Origin: a virus
IMG/VR virus record: IMGVR_UViG_3300035536_000005
DNA: 38,403 bases
Reading direction: 5' to 3' (one strand)
Numbering within the stretch: position 1 is the first letter of the stretch; each line of letters begins with the position of its first letter. The position numbers and the translations under genes were made by a program. The notes under the pieces were generated by a model. It saw nothing but the letters and a program-made list of their open reading frames with translations. It searched no databases and was not told where the DNA came from. Positions 15,953 through 23,071 of this stretch are shown here, piece by piece.

Positions 15953-16064
15953 TTATAGCTTGCTTCTTTTCTTTATTCTTAATATAACCACCTGTATCTA
16001 AACATTTAACTTTATTGCCATTAACCTCAAAATATAATCCATTAAAAAATACTTTACTTTTCAT
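15933..16064 (-). CDS. Hypothetical small protein (43 aa)
   Basis: Hand translation gives MKSKVFFNGLYFEVNGNKVKCLDTGGYIKNKEKKQAIIEKANQ. RBS is GAGGGGGA. It is the first ORF after the promoter at 16111-16139. Confidence 0.4.
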   Translation of the reverse strand: MKSKVFFNGLYFEVNGNKVKCLDTGGYIKNKEKKQAIIEKANQ

Positions 16065-16110
16065 TTTTATTCCCCCTCAATTTATTGCGTTTTCCTCATC
16101 TGTTAATACT

Positions 16111-16139
16111 ATTATATATGATAAAACACAACTTGTCAA
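16111..16139 (-). promoter_or_regulatory. Sigma-A-type promoter, TTGACA-17 nt-TATAAT
   Basis: On the minus strand the -35 is at 16139-16134 and the -10 at 16116-16111. The -35 is embedded in the 9-bp palindrome CTTGACAAG. Confidence 0.65.
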
Positions 16140-16152
16140 GGGAATATTATAA

Positions 16153-17151
16153 TTAATTCAAATCTGCATAATAATCTATTTTTTCTTCCATCTGCTTAGG
16201 CGAATAACCTTGATCCTCTTTCATTCTAGTTTCCAGCTTAACTGCCTGTTTTCGCAACTTAGTAGCTGACAATATATTCTTATACCAAAACTCATCCTGC
16301 TGACACCAATCAATTATCTCCTTAATCTTATCCCAACTATATCCATTATTGCCACCAACTGTGCCTAATCTATGCAGCCTATCCATTGCTAATGACCATT
16401 CTTCCATAGCTTTAGGTGAGTCTTTAGGAACGGGCTGGTTAGGTATGTTAGACTTAATTTGTTTCTTCAAATACATTGCTGCTTTATAAGGTTTGCTATC
16501 TTTATCAAATTTAACTTTATCGTTCTGACTTTTAGAGTCGGAACAAGAAAGTTTTTTATCTTTTTCTCTTTCTTTACTTTTGTTTAACTCTTTCTCTAAC
16601 TTTAACTCTAACTCTTTCTCTGGTGTAGAAATGTCGTTCGTTTGTTGTACATTTGTAACATTACCCGTTTTTCCATCTAAAAATATTTCTGGATTAACAT
16701 TTCCAGCATCCCTTAATAATTGTTTCTTTTTTTCTTCTACCTCATTTCTGTATGCTCTAACTCTATCAGCTTCAGTTGATGAAGTTCCTATGAAATTTTG
16801 AATATCCATCATATAAATAGCACCATTTGATAATATTTCTACCAACCCTAATTGCTGAAATATTTCTAAAGCACCCTTTATATCATTGATATTGTGGCCG
16901 GTCACAGTTGCAATCATTTTTGCGTTATAAGGAATATTTTTCTTAAACATCAACAATCCTTCTTTTTTCAGTGATTTAAGATAAAGCTTTAAAAGAATAT
17001 TGCTATATTTATATCCATTATCCATACTTTCCAAGACTTTAATTTCTTCACTATCAAAAAAGTTTTCTTTTAACTTTAAGTAATAATATTTTTTGTTATC
17101 ACTCAAATTATTATCCTCCTTAATATTATAATAACATCTTGTCCAACTCAT
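16153..17151 (-). CDS. Phage replisome organiser / DnaD-like replication initiation protein
   Basis: 332 aa. The N terminus YYYLKLKENFFDSEEIKVLESMDNGYKYSNILLKLYLKS...GLVEI matches my memory of the phage replisome-organiser N-terminal domain. It sits upstream of dnaB. Confidence 0.7.
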   Translation of the reverse strand: MSWTRCYYNIKEDNNLSDNKKYYYLKLKENFFDSEEIKVLESMDNGYKYSNILLKLYLKSLKKEGLLMFKKNIPYNAKMIATVTGHNINDIKGALEIFQQLGLVEILSNGAIYMMDIQNFIGTSSTEADRVRAYRNEVEEKKKQLLRDAGNVNPEIFLDGKTGNVTNVQQTNDISTPEKELELKLEKELNKSKEREKDKKLSCSDSKSQNDKVKFDKDSKPYKAAMYLKKQIKSNIPNQPVPKDSPKAMEEWSLAMDRLHRLGTVGGNNGYSWDKIKEIIDWCQQDEFWYKNILSATKLRKQAVKLETRMKEDQGYSPKQMEEKIDYYADLN

Positions 17152-17584
17152 TGCAAGCCTTCCTCAAAACTTTCTTAGCTTCCTTATAATCTTTTCTTCC
17201 CTGCTTATACCCAACTTGTGAGATATATGCTTCTTCCAACTCATCACCATACTCAAAATAATTGTCTAGCATATTCCTTTGCCTCTCATTTAAGCTGTCT
17301 AATAGCCTCTTAATAGCCTTTTTAGCTTTGAGTAAGTGTTTATACCTCCTTTCAGCATGAAGCCTTAAATCAGCTATTTGAATAGCTCTAGCACCTACTG
17401 CGTCATAGTTGCTGTTCTGCTGTACATAAATCTTATCATAGTCAATACCTTTCATAATGTCATAATCATCATCAGTGTATTTTTCTTTCCACTTATACTT
17501 GTAGCCAACTATTACATTATCAAGTTTGTTGCGATAATATAATTTTAATATTTTTTCTGGGTAAAATTCATCGACTACATTCAT
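17126..17584 (-). CDS. Sigma-70 region-4-like (DUF1492/ArpU-like) transcription regulator
   Basis: 152 aa. LNERQRNMLDNYFEYGDELEEAYISQVGYKQGRKDYKEAKKVLRKA resembles a region-4 HTH. Confidence 0.4.
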   Translation of the reverse strand: MNVVDEFYPEKILKLYYRNKLDNVIVGYKYKWKEKYTDDDYDIMKGIDYDKIYVQQNSNYDAVGARAIQIADLRLHAERRYKHLLKAKKAIKRLLDSLNERQRNMLDNYFEYGDELEEAYISQVGYKQGRKDYKEAKKVLRKACNELDKMLL

Positions 17585-17957
17585 TTACATCACCTAACAA
17601 TTCTGGATTTTCATATTTGTTGCCAATAATTTCTAAATCATCTTGTTCAATTAATTCTTTATTTAGATGATATTCACATTTTTCCCCAATGTCATCAAAA
17701 AACTCCATTAAAAAACCTCCATTTTTATAAATTATTTCAATATTATAAGTATGTGGTGCCGCTAATATATCCCCTTCATATATTTCTTTGCCATTTTTAT
17801 CTTTTAAGCCTGTAAATTGCATAAGGTTTTTATTCCTATATGCCCACCCGAAAAAATATTCCATATTTGTAATGTCTGGTTCAGCATACTTCATTCCAAC
17901 CGCTCTTTCTTCTTCTTTTTCATAATATCTAAATTTAAACCTTCTCATCATTATCAC
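17568..17957 (-). CDS. YopX-family protein
   Basis: 129 aa. FTGLKDKNGKEIYEGDIL and IIGNKYENPELL are typical YopX motifs. Confidence 0.7.
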   Translation of the reverse strand: MIMMRRFKFRYYEKEEERAVGMKYAEPDITNMEYFFGWAYRNKNLMQFTGLKDKNGKEIYEGDILAAPHTYNIEIIYKNGGFLMEFFDDIGEKCEYHLNKELIEQDDLEIIGNKYENPELLGDVNECSR

Positions 17958-18017
17958 ACTCCCAATTAATTAACCATTCTGTTAAAATTTTACTAGTCTT
18001 ATCATTTAATTTGTATC

Positions 18018-18167
18018 TCATGGCCGCACCACCCTTATCTGCTCATAATAATCATAAAATTTAGATTCTATTTCCTCTATTCTGTGTTGATCGTCAACTA
18101 CACACTTTACAAATTTTCGTGGTTTCTTAAGTAAATCGCAAGTTTGCTGGATAGAAAGGTGAGCCAT
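18018..18167 (-). CDS. Hypothetical small protein (49 aa), possibly HTH
   Basis: Hand translation gives MAHLSIQQTCDLLKKPRKFVKCVVDDQHRIEEIESKFYDYYEQIRVVRP. It has a TAATG overlap with the ERF gene stop. Confidence 0.35.
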   Translation of the reverse strand: MAHLSIQQTCDLLKKPRKFVKCVVDDQHRIEEIESKFYDYYEQIRVVRP

Positions 18168-18793
18168 TAACTCACCTCCTTATTTATCTTTTTAATTAAT
18201 TCTTCAATCTTAGACTTGTCTGTTGATGCTATATGTTTCATACCTTTATAGCCTTCCTGCTTAAGCATTTTCTTAACCTTATCAGCATCATCACTTTCTA
18301 ACCACTCATTAATAATTGCTATCTGCTTCTTAGTAGCTGTTTTAACCTGCTTATTACTTCGGGATGAGTTATTATTGGCACTTTTCCGACTACCCCTGCT
18401 GTTACTTCCATCTACATCTTCTTCACTTGCTAATCCAGTTGCAGCAGCTAATGAATATCGTCTAGCATATGTTATACTACTTCCTGCACCTTGCACATCG
18501 CTCATAGACTTGCCAGTATCTTTAGGTAATCCTACTGGGCCAAAAGATAACCATTGACCGCTTTCATGAAAGATATTAGTTGTTACCAGTATATTACCTC
18601 TTTCATCATAGCCAACCTCTTGGTTGAATGATAAACCTTTACCACTCATAGCTTCCTTAACTACATCGACAACACTATCTAACTTTGCATATTTGTAGCC
18701 ATAGCCTTTAGTGTCTTTAACTGGGTTGTTAACCTCCTGCTGAAATTCCATAAACGCTTTCATAACCTCATTAACTTCATTGCTCATTTTCAT
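18167..18793 (-). CDS. ERF-family single-strand annealing protein
   Basis: 208 aa. YKYAKLDSVVDVV, IFHESGQW and GSSITYARRYSLAAATGLASEEDVDG match the ERF pattern. Confidence 0.7.
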   Translation of the reverse strand: MKMSNEVNEVMKAFMEFQQEVNNPVKDTKGYGYKYAKLDSVVDVVKEAMSGKGLSFNQEVGYDERGNILVTTNIFHESGQWLSFGPVGLPKDTGKSMSDVQGAGSSITYARRYSLAAATGLASEEDVDGSNSRGSRKSANNNSSRSNKQVKTATKKQIAIINEWLESDDADKVKKMLKQEGYKGMKHIASTDKSKIEELIKKINKEVS

Positions 18794-18794
18794 T

Positions 18795-18953
18795 TTATTT
18801 ATCCCCTTTCAATTTCATGTTGATTGATGTCCTTAGATGATACCTTAGCAATTCATCATCTTCTAATAATAAGTAAATTAAATTTTCGACCTGTAGCTCG
18901 TTCATCCCATAATCGTGAGCTAACTCTGATAAGATTAATTCTTTGTTAGTCAT
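18795..18953 (-). CDS. Hypothetical small protein (52 aa)
   Basis: Hand translation gives MTNKELILSELAHDYGMNELQVENLIYLLLEDDELLRYHLRTSINMKLKGDK. It overlaps the upstream ORF end. Confidence 0.4.
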   Translation of the reverse strand: MTNKELILSELAHDYGMNELQVENLIYLLLEDDELLRYHLRTSINMKLKGDK

Positions 18954-19149
18954 ATTTAGCATCCTCCATTTTCAAACTCATTTCATTATACAAAAACTCT
19001 AATCCTTGAACAGTTGCTAAACTATCCCACACCATAGCTTCTGCCACTTCTTCGCACACGTGATACCTTTGCATTAATGCATCAATAACACCCTCTTTGT
19101 TAACTTTCTTATCGGTTATTTCTAATTCAAACTTTTCTACACCTTTCAT
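18946..19149 (-). CDS. Hypothetical protein (67 aa)
   Basis: ORF track. RBS is TAGGAGGGA. It is the first ORF after the promoter at 19176-19204. Confidence 0.55.
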   Translation of the reverse strand: MKGVEKFELEITDKKVNKEGVIDALMQRYHVCEEVAEAMVWDSLATVQGLEFLYNEMSLKMEDAKYD

Positions 19150-19175
19150 TTTATCCCTCCTAATATGTTAATACC

Positions 19176-19204
19176 ATTATATCAGTTTAATTTTACTTTG
19201 TCAA
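19176..19204 (-). promoter_or_regulatory. Sigma-A-type promoter, TTGACA-17 nt-TATAAT
   Basis: On the minus strand the -35 is at 19204-19199, overlapping the stop of the nuclease gene. The -10 is at 19181-19176. Confidence 0.6.
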
Positions 19205-19854
19205 CTTTTTCTTTTTAACTTTTTCTTTAATTCATAAACTTCACGCAGATGTTTAAATAACTCAAATTCAGTTTCAAGATTATTCTGTTTTCTAACCTCA
19301 AATCCTTCATCGTCTGTTCTGCCTATTCTTAAGATCATAACCTGTTCAACAATATATTTATTTTCTTCTAATAAGTTTTTATAAGCTGCCAACTGTATGA
19401 AGTGAGTGTCATAAATAGCTTTAGAAGTCTTCAAATCAATTAGTGTGTACTTTCCATTAAGTTTAGCATACAAGTCAATTGTGCCACCATATTTGTGCTT
19501 ATTAGAGGACATTCCTTTTTCAACAAGCAGAGGCTGTAAATCATTGTCATCTGCCCAGTCCCAAAACTTAATTAGAGCATTTTCAGCTGCATTAATTTCT
19601 TCATTGCTGAACGGCTCCAAATCAGGCTCTTCACCTTTGAGCTCACACTCTACCATATAGTGAGCAAGTGTTCCAATTTGTGCTGTTTTATCCACGTATT
19701 TTTCTACATCAATCCCCTTCATCCCCATCTGCCAGTACCACTTTTTTAAGCCGTAACCTTTGTCCATTACACCAAGAATAGTTGTTGTTCCCGGTACTCT
19801 TTTGCCATCTACATAATACCTAGTATGTGCTTTAAGATTCTTGTACTTTTCCAT
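19201..19854 (-). CDS. PD-(D/E)XK (RecB/Cas4-like) exonuclease, partner of ERF
   Basis: 217 aa. GGTIDLYAK...LIDLKTSK...QLAAY gives the D...D/E-x-K...Q-x-x-x-Y core. It is adjacent to the annealing protein gene. Confidence 0.7.
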   Translation of the reverse strand: MEKYKNLKAHTRYYVDGKRVPGTTTILGVMDKGYGLKKWYWQMGMKGIDVEKYVDKTAQIGTLAHYMVECELKGEEPDLEPFSNEEINAAENALIKFWDWADDNDLQPLLVEKGMSSNKHKYGGTIDLYAKLNGKYTLIDLKTSKAIYDTHFIQLAAYKNLLEENKYIVEQVMILRIGRTDDEGFEVRKQNNLETEFELFKHLREVYELKKKLKRKS

Positions 19855-19910
19855 CTTTCACCCTCCTTATATTTTCGCTGTCAAATTGATACACACTTCC
19901 ATCCGGAAAT

Positions 19911-20255
19911 CTAATTTGTGCTATTTTCATTTATCCGCACCTCCTCAATTTGTAATCCGGTCCACTCATCTGGTAAATAGTTTTTAGCAATTTCGAATGG
20001 ATTACCATCAGTTTGAAAGTAAAACATTTCTTGCTCAAAGCTACTTGTGTAGATTGCCCTGTAAAGGCTTCTATTAGCCTTGTATTCAGTTTTAAATTGC
20101 TCAGTAGCTTCTTGTACCTTTAAGTTAACTTGTGCCTGTATTTGAGCATTTATATTAGTCTGCAACTTGTTATATAATCCTACTCCTGTGCCAATTGATA
20201 ATCCTATCATTAAAAATATTAGTAATAAACTAATCAGATTTCTTTTCATTTTCAT
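19911..20255 (-). CDS. Membrane-anchored or secreted hypothetical protein (114 aa)
   Basis: ORF track. It has an N-terminal signal/anchor, KRNLISLLLIFLMIGLSIGTGVGL. Confidence 0.55.
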   Translation of the reverse strand: MKMKRNLISLLLIFLMIGLSIGTGVGLYNKLQTNINAQIQAQVNLKVQEATEQFKTEYKANRSLYRAIYTSSFEQEMFYFQTDGNPFEIAKNYLPDEWTGLQIEEVRINENSTN

Positions 20256-20367
20256 TTTCCTTTAAGCTATCTTTCCACGCTTTCCATTGACGCCACATTT
20301 CATAGTCTTTCTTTTGTTCTTTTAACTCTTTATCATGTAACCAGTCCAAATTGCTATGTGGTATCAT
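20230..20367 (-). CDS. Hypothetical small protein (45 aa)
   Basis: The track ORF was trimmed to MIPHSNLDWLHDKELKEQ behind a GGGGG RBS. Confidence 0.4.
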   Translation of the reverse strand: MIPHSNLDWLHDKELKEQKKDYEMWRQWKAWKDSLKENENEKKSD

Positions 20368-20369
20368 AA

Positions 20370-20474
20370 CTAGCCCCCTAATGCTATAATCGCCAATGAA
20401 AGTGTTATCCATATTCCAACAACTGTCAATCCAGCTTTGAGTAATAATTTAACATTTAATAACTCTTTTAACAT
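20370..20474 (-). CDS. Hypothetical membrane peptide (34 aa)
   Basis: Hand translation gives MLKELLNVKLLLKAGLTVVGIWITLSLAIIALGG. It is contiguous with neighbouring stops and starts. Confidence 0.3.
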   Translation of the reverse strand: MLKELLNVKLLLKAGLTVVGIWITLSLAIIALGG

Positions 20475-20612
20475 CTATTCCACTTCCTTTCTATATAATT
20501 CTTTTTCTAACAATTCAGCAACTAATTTATCTCTGCTAATATTCTTCTCATCTACATAATCCTCTAATCGCTTAACTAAGTCATTTGGTAAAGTTATGTT
20601 AATCTGAAACAT
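20475..20612 (-). CDS. Ribbon-helix-helix (CopG/Arc-like) DNA-binding protein (45 aa; below the track cutoff)
   Basis: Hand translation gives MFQINITLPNDLVKRLEDYVDEKNISRDKLVAELLEKELYRKEVE. This is a beta-strand-helix-helix pattern. RBS is AAGGAGGTGA. Confidence 0.6.
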   Translation of the reverse strand: MFQINITLPNDLVKRLEDYVDEKNISRDKLVAELLEKELYRKEVE

Positions 20613-20974
20613 TACATCACCTCCTTTAATTTATAATTGATAGCATCTACACTTTTATATTTAGCCAAAATGTTTTCTATATCTTTATTGTTAATATCCC
20701 AGTTAATTGCTGACCAACCTTCATTTAGATATGTTGCTATTCTGTATGCTAAAACCATTGGTGTAACATTAAAATTAAAATGAGTGTGTGGAATTGAAAT
20801 ACTTTTACCATTCATTAAGCTTACATTAGTTTCGCCACCATTGTCGCTTAACATATACCACTTATCGTTAACTTTAATTAAGTGTGATCCATCTACCGTT
20901 TCTTTACTTTCTTGCACCTTTGTAAAATATCTTAAGTCTTTAGCAACTGCTGAATAATTATTAATTTTAATCAT
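20612..20974 (-). CDS. First early gene, hypothetical protein (120 aa)
   Basis: ORF track. RBS is AAAGGGG. It lies 34 nt downstream of the -10 element (21008-21013) of the consensus early promoter. No motif recognised. Confidence 0.6.
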   Translation of the reverse strand: MIKINNYSAVAKDLRYFTKVQESKETVDGSHLIKVNDKWYMLSDNGGETNVSLMNGKSISIPHTHFNFNVTPMVLAYRIATYLNEGWSAINWDINNKDIENILAKYKSVDAINYKLKEVM

Positions 20975-21007
20975 TTTATCTAGCCCCTTTCGTTATCTTG
21001 TACCACC

Positions 21008-21036
21008 ATTATATATGATAATATTACACTTGTCAA
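21008..21036 (-). promoter_or_regulatory. Early sigma-A-type promoter, TTGACA-17 nt-TATAAT, with an 11-bp palindrome over the -35
   Basis: On the minus strand the -35 is at 21036-21031 and the -10 at 21013-21008. The palindrome ACTTGACAAGT spans 21028-21038. Confidence 0.7.
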
Positions 21037-21046
21037 GTAAATATGT

Positions 21047-21088
21047 AAAATAAAATAAAAAATCCCTACCAGCTATTAACCGGTAGGG
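21047..21088 (-). terminator. Rho-independent terminator ending the late (lysis) transcript
   Basis: The RNA CCCUACCGG-UUAAUAG-CUGGUAGGG forms a 9-bp stem with one G-U pair, followed by AUUUUUUAUUUUAUUUU. Confidence 0.8.
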
Positions 21089-21103
21089 AGGAGGGATAAC
21101 TAT

Positions 21104-21472
21104 TTATTTTTGTACATTTTTACTTTGTAGTTCTTTTCCTAATTGTTCTAATATTGTTCCGATCACAGGCTCAAACTCTTCACCTGGTATCTGCTTCTTA
21201 ACCTCATCAGCAATTCTTTTCCACAATCTGTCGTCAATGTCTGTGTCCTCAATAATAGTCTTAATCACCTGTAAAATAATTTCATTCATAAAATTTTCAT
21301 CTCCTTTTTGAAATATGCTTATAATAATATTTGTCAACCACATTGGTATTTCATCCCTATCCAACTCATCACCATACTTATCCAACATCTCATTAGCCTT
21401 TGCAATATTTTCATCAATTGTGGGCTGTTCTGGGGTTAAGTCATCACCTCTACTTATAGACAGCCCATTCAT
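21104..21472 (-). CDS. Acidic hypothetical protein (122 aa). Last gene before the terminator.
   Basis: ORF track. Rich in D/E, with no TM segment. No motif recognised. Confidence 0.55.
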   Translation of the reverse strand: MNGLSISRGDDLTPEQPTIDENIAKANEMLDKYGDELDRDEIPMWLTNIIISIFQKGDENFMNEIILQVIKTIIEDTDIDDRLWKRIADEVKKQIPGEEFEPVIGTILEQLGKELQSKNVQK

Positions 21473-21657
21473 TTTCCCAACTTTTTCACAGCATCACCAC
21501 CGATAATTACCACCGCCAGCATTTCAAAAGTTTCAACAGGAATAACATTAAATATTAATAATATAGTTATATAAATTAAAAATGTTAATGCTTCCTGTAT
21601 TTTATTGCTTTCAAAAAATGCTAACCAATCATTGAAATGTTTTTTAATCCACATCAT
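21469..21657 (-). CDS. Small membrane protein, holin candidate (62 aa)
   Basis: ORF track. It has hydrophobic helices (LTFLIYITILLIFNVIP, MLAVVIIGG) and a charged C terminus. It abuts the endolysin gene. Confidence 0.5.
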   Translation of the reverse strand: MMWIKKHFNDWLAFFESNKIQEALTFLIYITILLIFNVIPVETFEMLAVVIIGGDAVKKLGK

Positions 21658-22031
21658 GTCCTGTTATCCCAATCTGCCTGCCTGTGTCTCACATCAAGAT
21701 GAATAAATGTGTTATATAATCCAACACCTGTAAAGCCTATTTGCCTTGCTATACGTTTAATTTCCTCAATTTGAAGGGGGATAGTGTGTAATGATATGTC
21801 AGCTGCTTTACCATATAGATGTTGACTGTTATCAGCACCTCCTACTTGCTTATTTCTTTCTGGACAACGATAAGCTGAATTAATTATAAGTGGCACATTA
21901 AGTCTATCTCTTAATTGTTGTAACTTTTCAACTAACTCATCATCAACTCTAACGTGTCTGTGATTAGGATGAGTACATTCGAATTCTTGTAAATTAAAGT
22001 TTTTGCTTATTTGGAAATTATTGATTGACAT
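21654..22031 (-). CDS. Peptidase M15-type (zinc D-Ala-D-Ala / L-Ala-D-Glu peptidase) endolysin, single domain
   Basis: 125 aa. SAYRCPERN...NSQHLYGKAADI...FIHLDVR supplies the H-x6-D...H zinc ligands of the M15A family. Confidence 0.8.
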   Translation of the reverse strand: MSINNFQISKNFNLQEFECTHPNHRHVRVDDELVEKLQQLRDRLNVPLIINSAYRCPERNKQVGGADNSQHLYGKAADISLHTIPLQIEEIKRIARQIGFTGVGLYNTFIHLDVRHRQADWDNRT

Positions 22032-22035
22032 TCAA

Positions 22036-22263
22036 TCACCCTCTTTCATCCTCAGCTAGCTTTTCCAATGCATCAAGCCTATCGTGTGCTTTATCAGCAC
22101 TGTTTTCTACATGATACATTCGTTCAATTAGCTTGTTGTGCTTATCCTGTTTTTCCTCTATATAACTTAACTTTGTCCACACTATTCCGGCGAAAAACGC
22201 TAAGAATATTGCTTGAAATCCTATCTGTAACCAAAATTCTGTTGAGAAGTCCAAAATTATCAC
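22036..22263 (-). CDS. Holin-like / XhlA-like membrane protein (75 aa)
   Basis: ORF track. It has one N-terminal TM helix (IGFQAIFLAFFAGIVW) plus a coiled-coil tail. It lies directly upstream of the endolysin. Non-ATG start. Confidence 0.45.
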   Translation of the reverse strand: MIILDFSTEFWLQIGFQAIFLAFFAGIVWTKLSYIEEKQDKHNKLIERMYHVENSADKAHDRLDALEKLAEDERG

Positions 22264-22278
22264 CTTTCCACTACTGTT

Positions 22279-22797
22279 TTATATTTGTATATATGCTATT
22301 TGAACTGTTGCTGAGCTTCTATAATCTCCGTCATAATTTATATAAATATTATTTATTGTTTGTGCATGATTTGCTATATATTGTGTATTTTCTATTACAA
22401 GATCATCGAAATCATTCACTGCTTCAGAAACCCTTGTCCCACTAATTTCAGCTTCTCCTAACGGTGTATCAACACTAATTGAAACTGTAGTTCTTGTTGT
22501 TGTATTAGTAAGCCCAGTTACTTTATAATATATTTTAGCTGCAACAAAATATCCATTGCCTATATTTACAGTTTGCGTAGTTGTTGTATCCCCGCTAAAA
22601 TTAAAAGTAGTTGTTTGTATATTTTTGAAAGAAGCTAATCCATTTTCATTAGCAGTTATTCTGCCATCAACACTTGCTGTACCACCTTGTATTGTTCTCA
22701 AATCATTCTCATTAGTATCAATCTGCCCATCCATCTGGTCTAATTTAACTGCTGTTACGCCTGAGTTTTCAGCCCAATTAATCGGTGTATATGCCAT
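22279..22797 (-). CDS. Tail fibre / receptor-binding protein candidate (172 aa)
   Basis: The N terminus MAYTPINWAENSGVTAVKLDQMDGQI is a motif common at the N termini of Firmicutes phage fibre proteins. It is the last structural gene before the lysis genes. Confidence 0.5.
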   Translation of the reverse strand: MAYTPINWAENSGVTAVKLDQMDGQIDTNENDLRTIQGGTASVDGRITANENGLASFKNIQTTTFNFSGDTTTTQTVNIGNGYFVAAKIYYKVTGLTNTTTRTTVSISVDTPLGEAEISGTRVSEAVNDFDDLVIENTQYIANHAQTINNIYINYDGDYRSSATVQIAYIQI

Positions 22798-23057
22798 TAT
22801 GGTGTCACCTCAAATTCATTTTTCAAGTTTTGATACATCGCTCGTCTAATTTTAATCTCATCTGGAAAATTAAATTTCCATCTTATTTCAGTATTCTCAA
22901 ATATAATTTCTGTGCCTGCATCAACCTCCATTAGTATCATTGGGGTTGTATCAGTTGTTGCATCAGCGTTGTATTCTGTTACATATTGACTAACCTCTGT
23001 ACCATCAATTGTTATACTTCTAGTATCTCCACCATCTTGTATTCTAACGGTTGCCAT
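22797..23057 (-). CDS. Hypothetical tail-module protein (86 aa)
   Basis: ORF track. Start/stop overlap with its neighbours. Confidence 0.5.
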   Translation of the reverse strand: MATVRIQDGGDTRSITIDGTEVSQYVTEYNADATTDTTPMILMEVDAGTEIIFENTEIRWKFNFPDEIKIRRAMYQNLKNEFEVTP

Positions 23058-23071
23058 TTAATCACCTTCCT

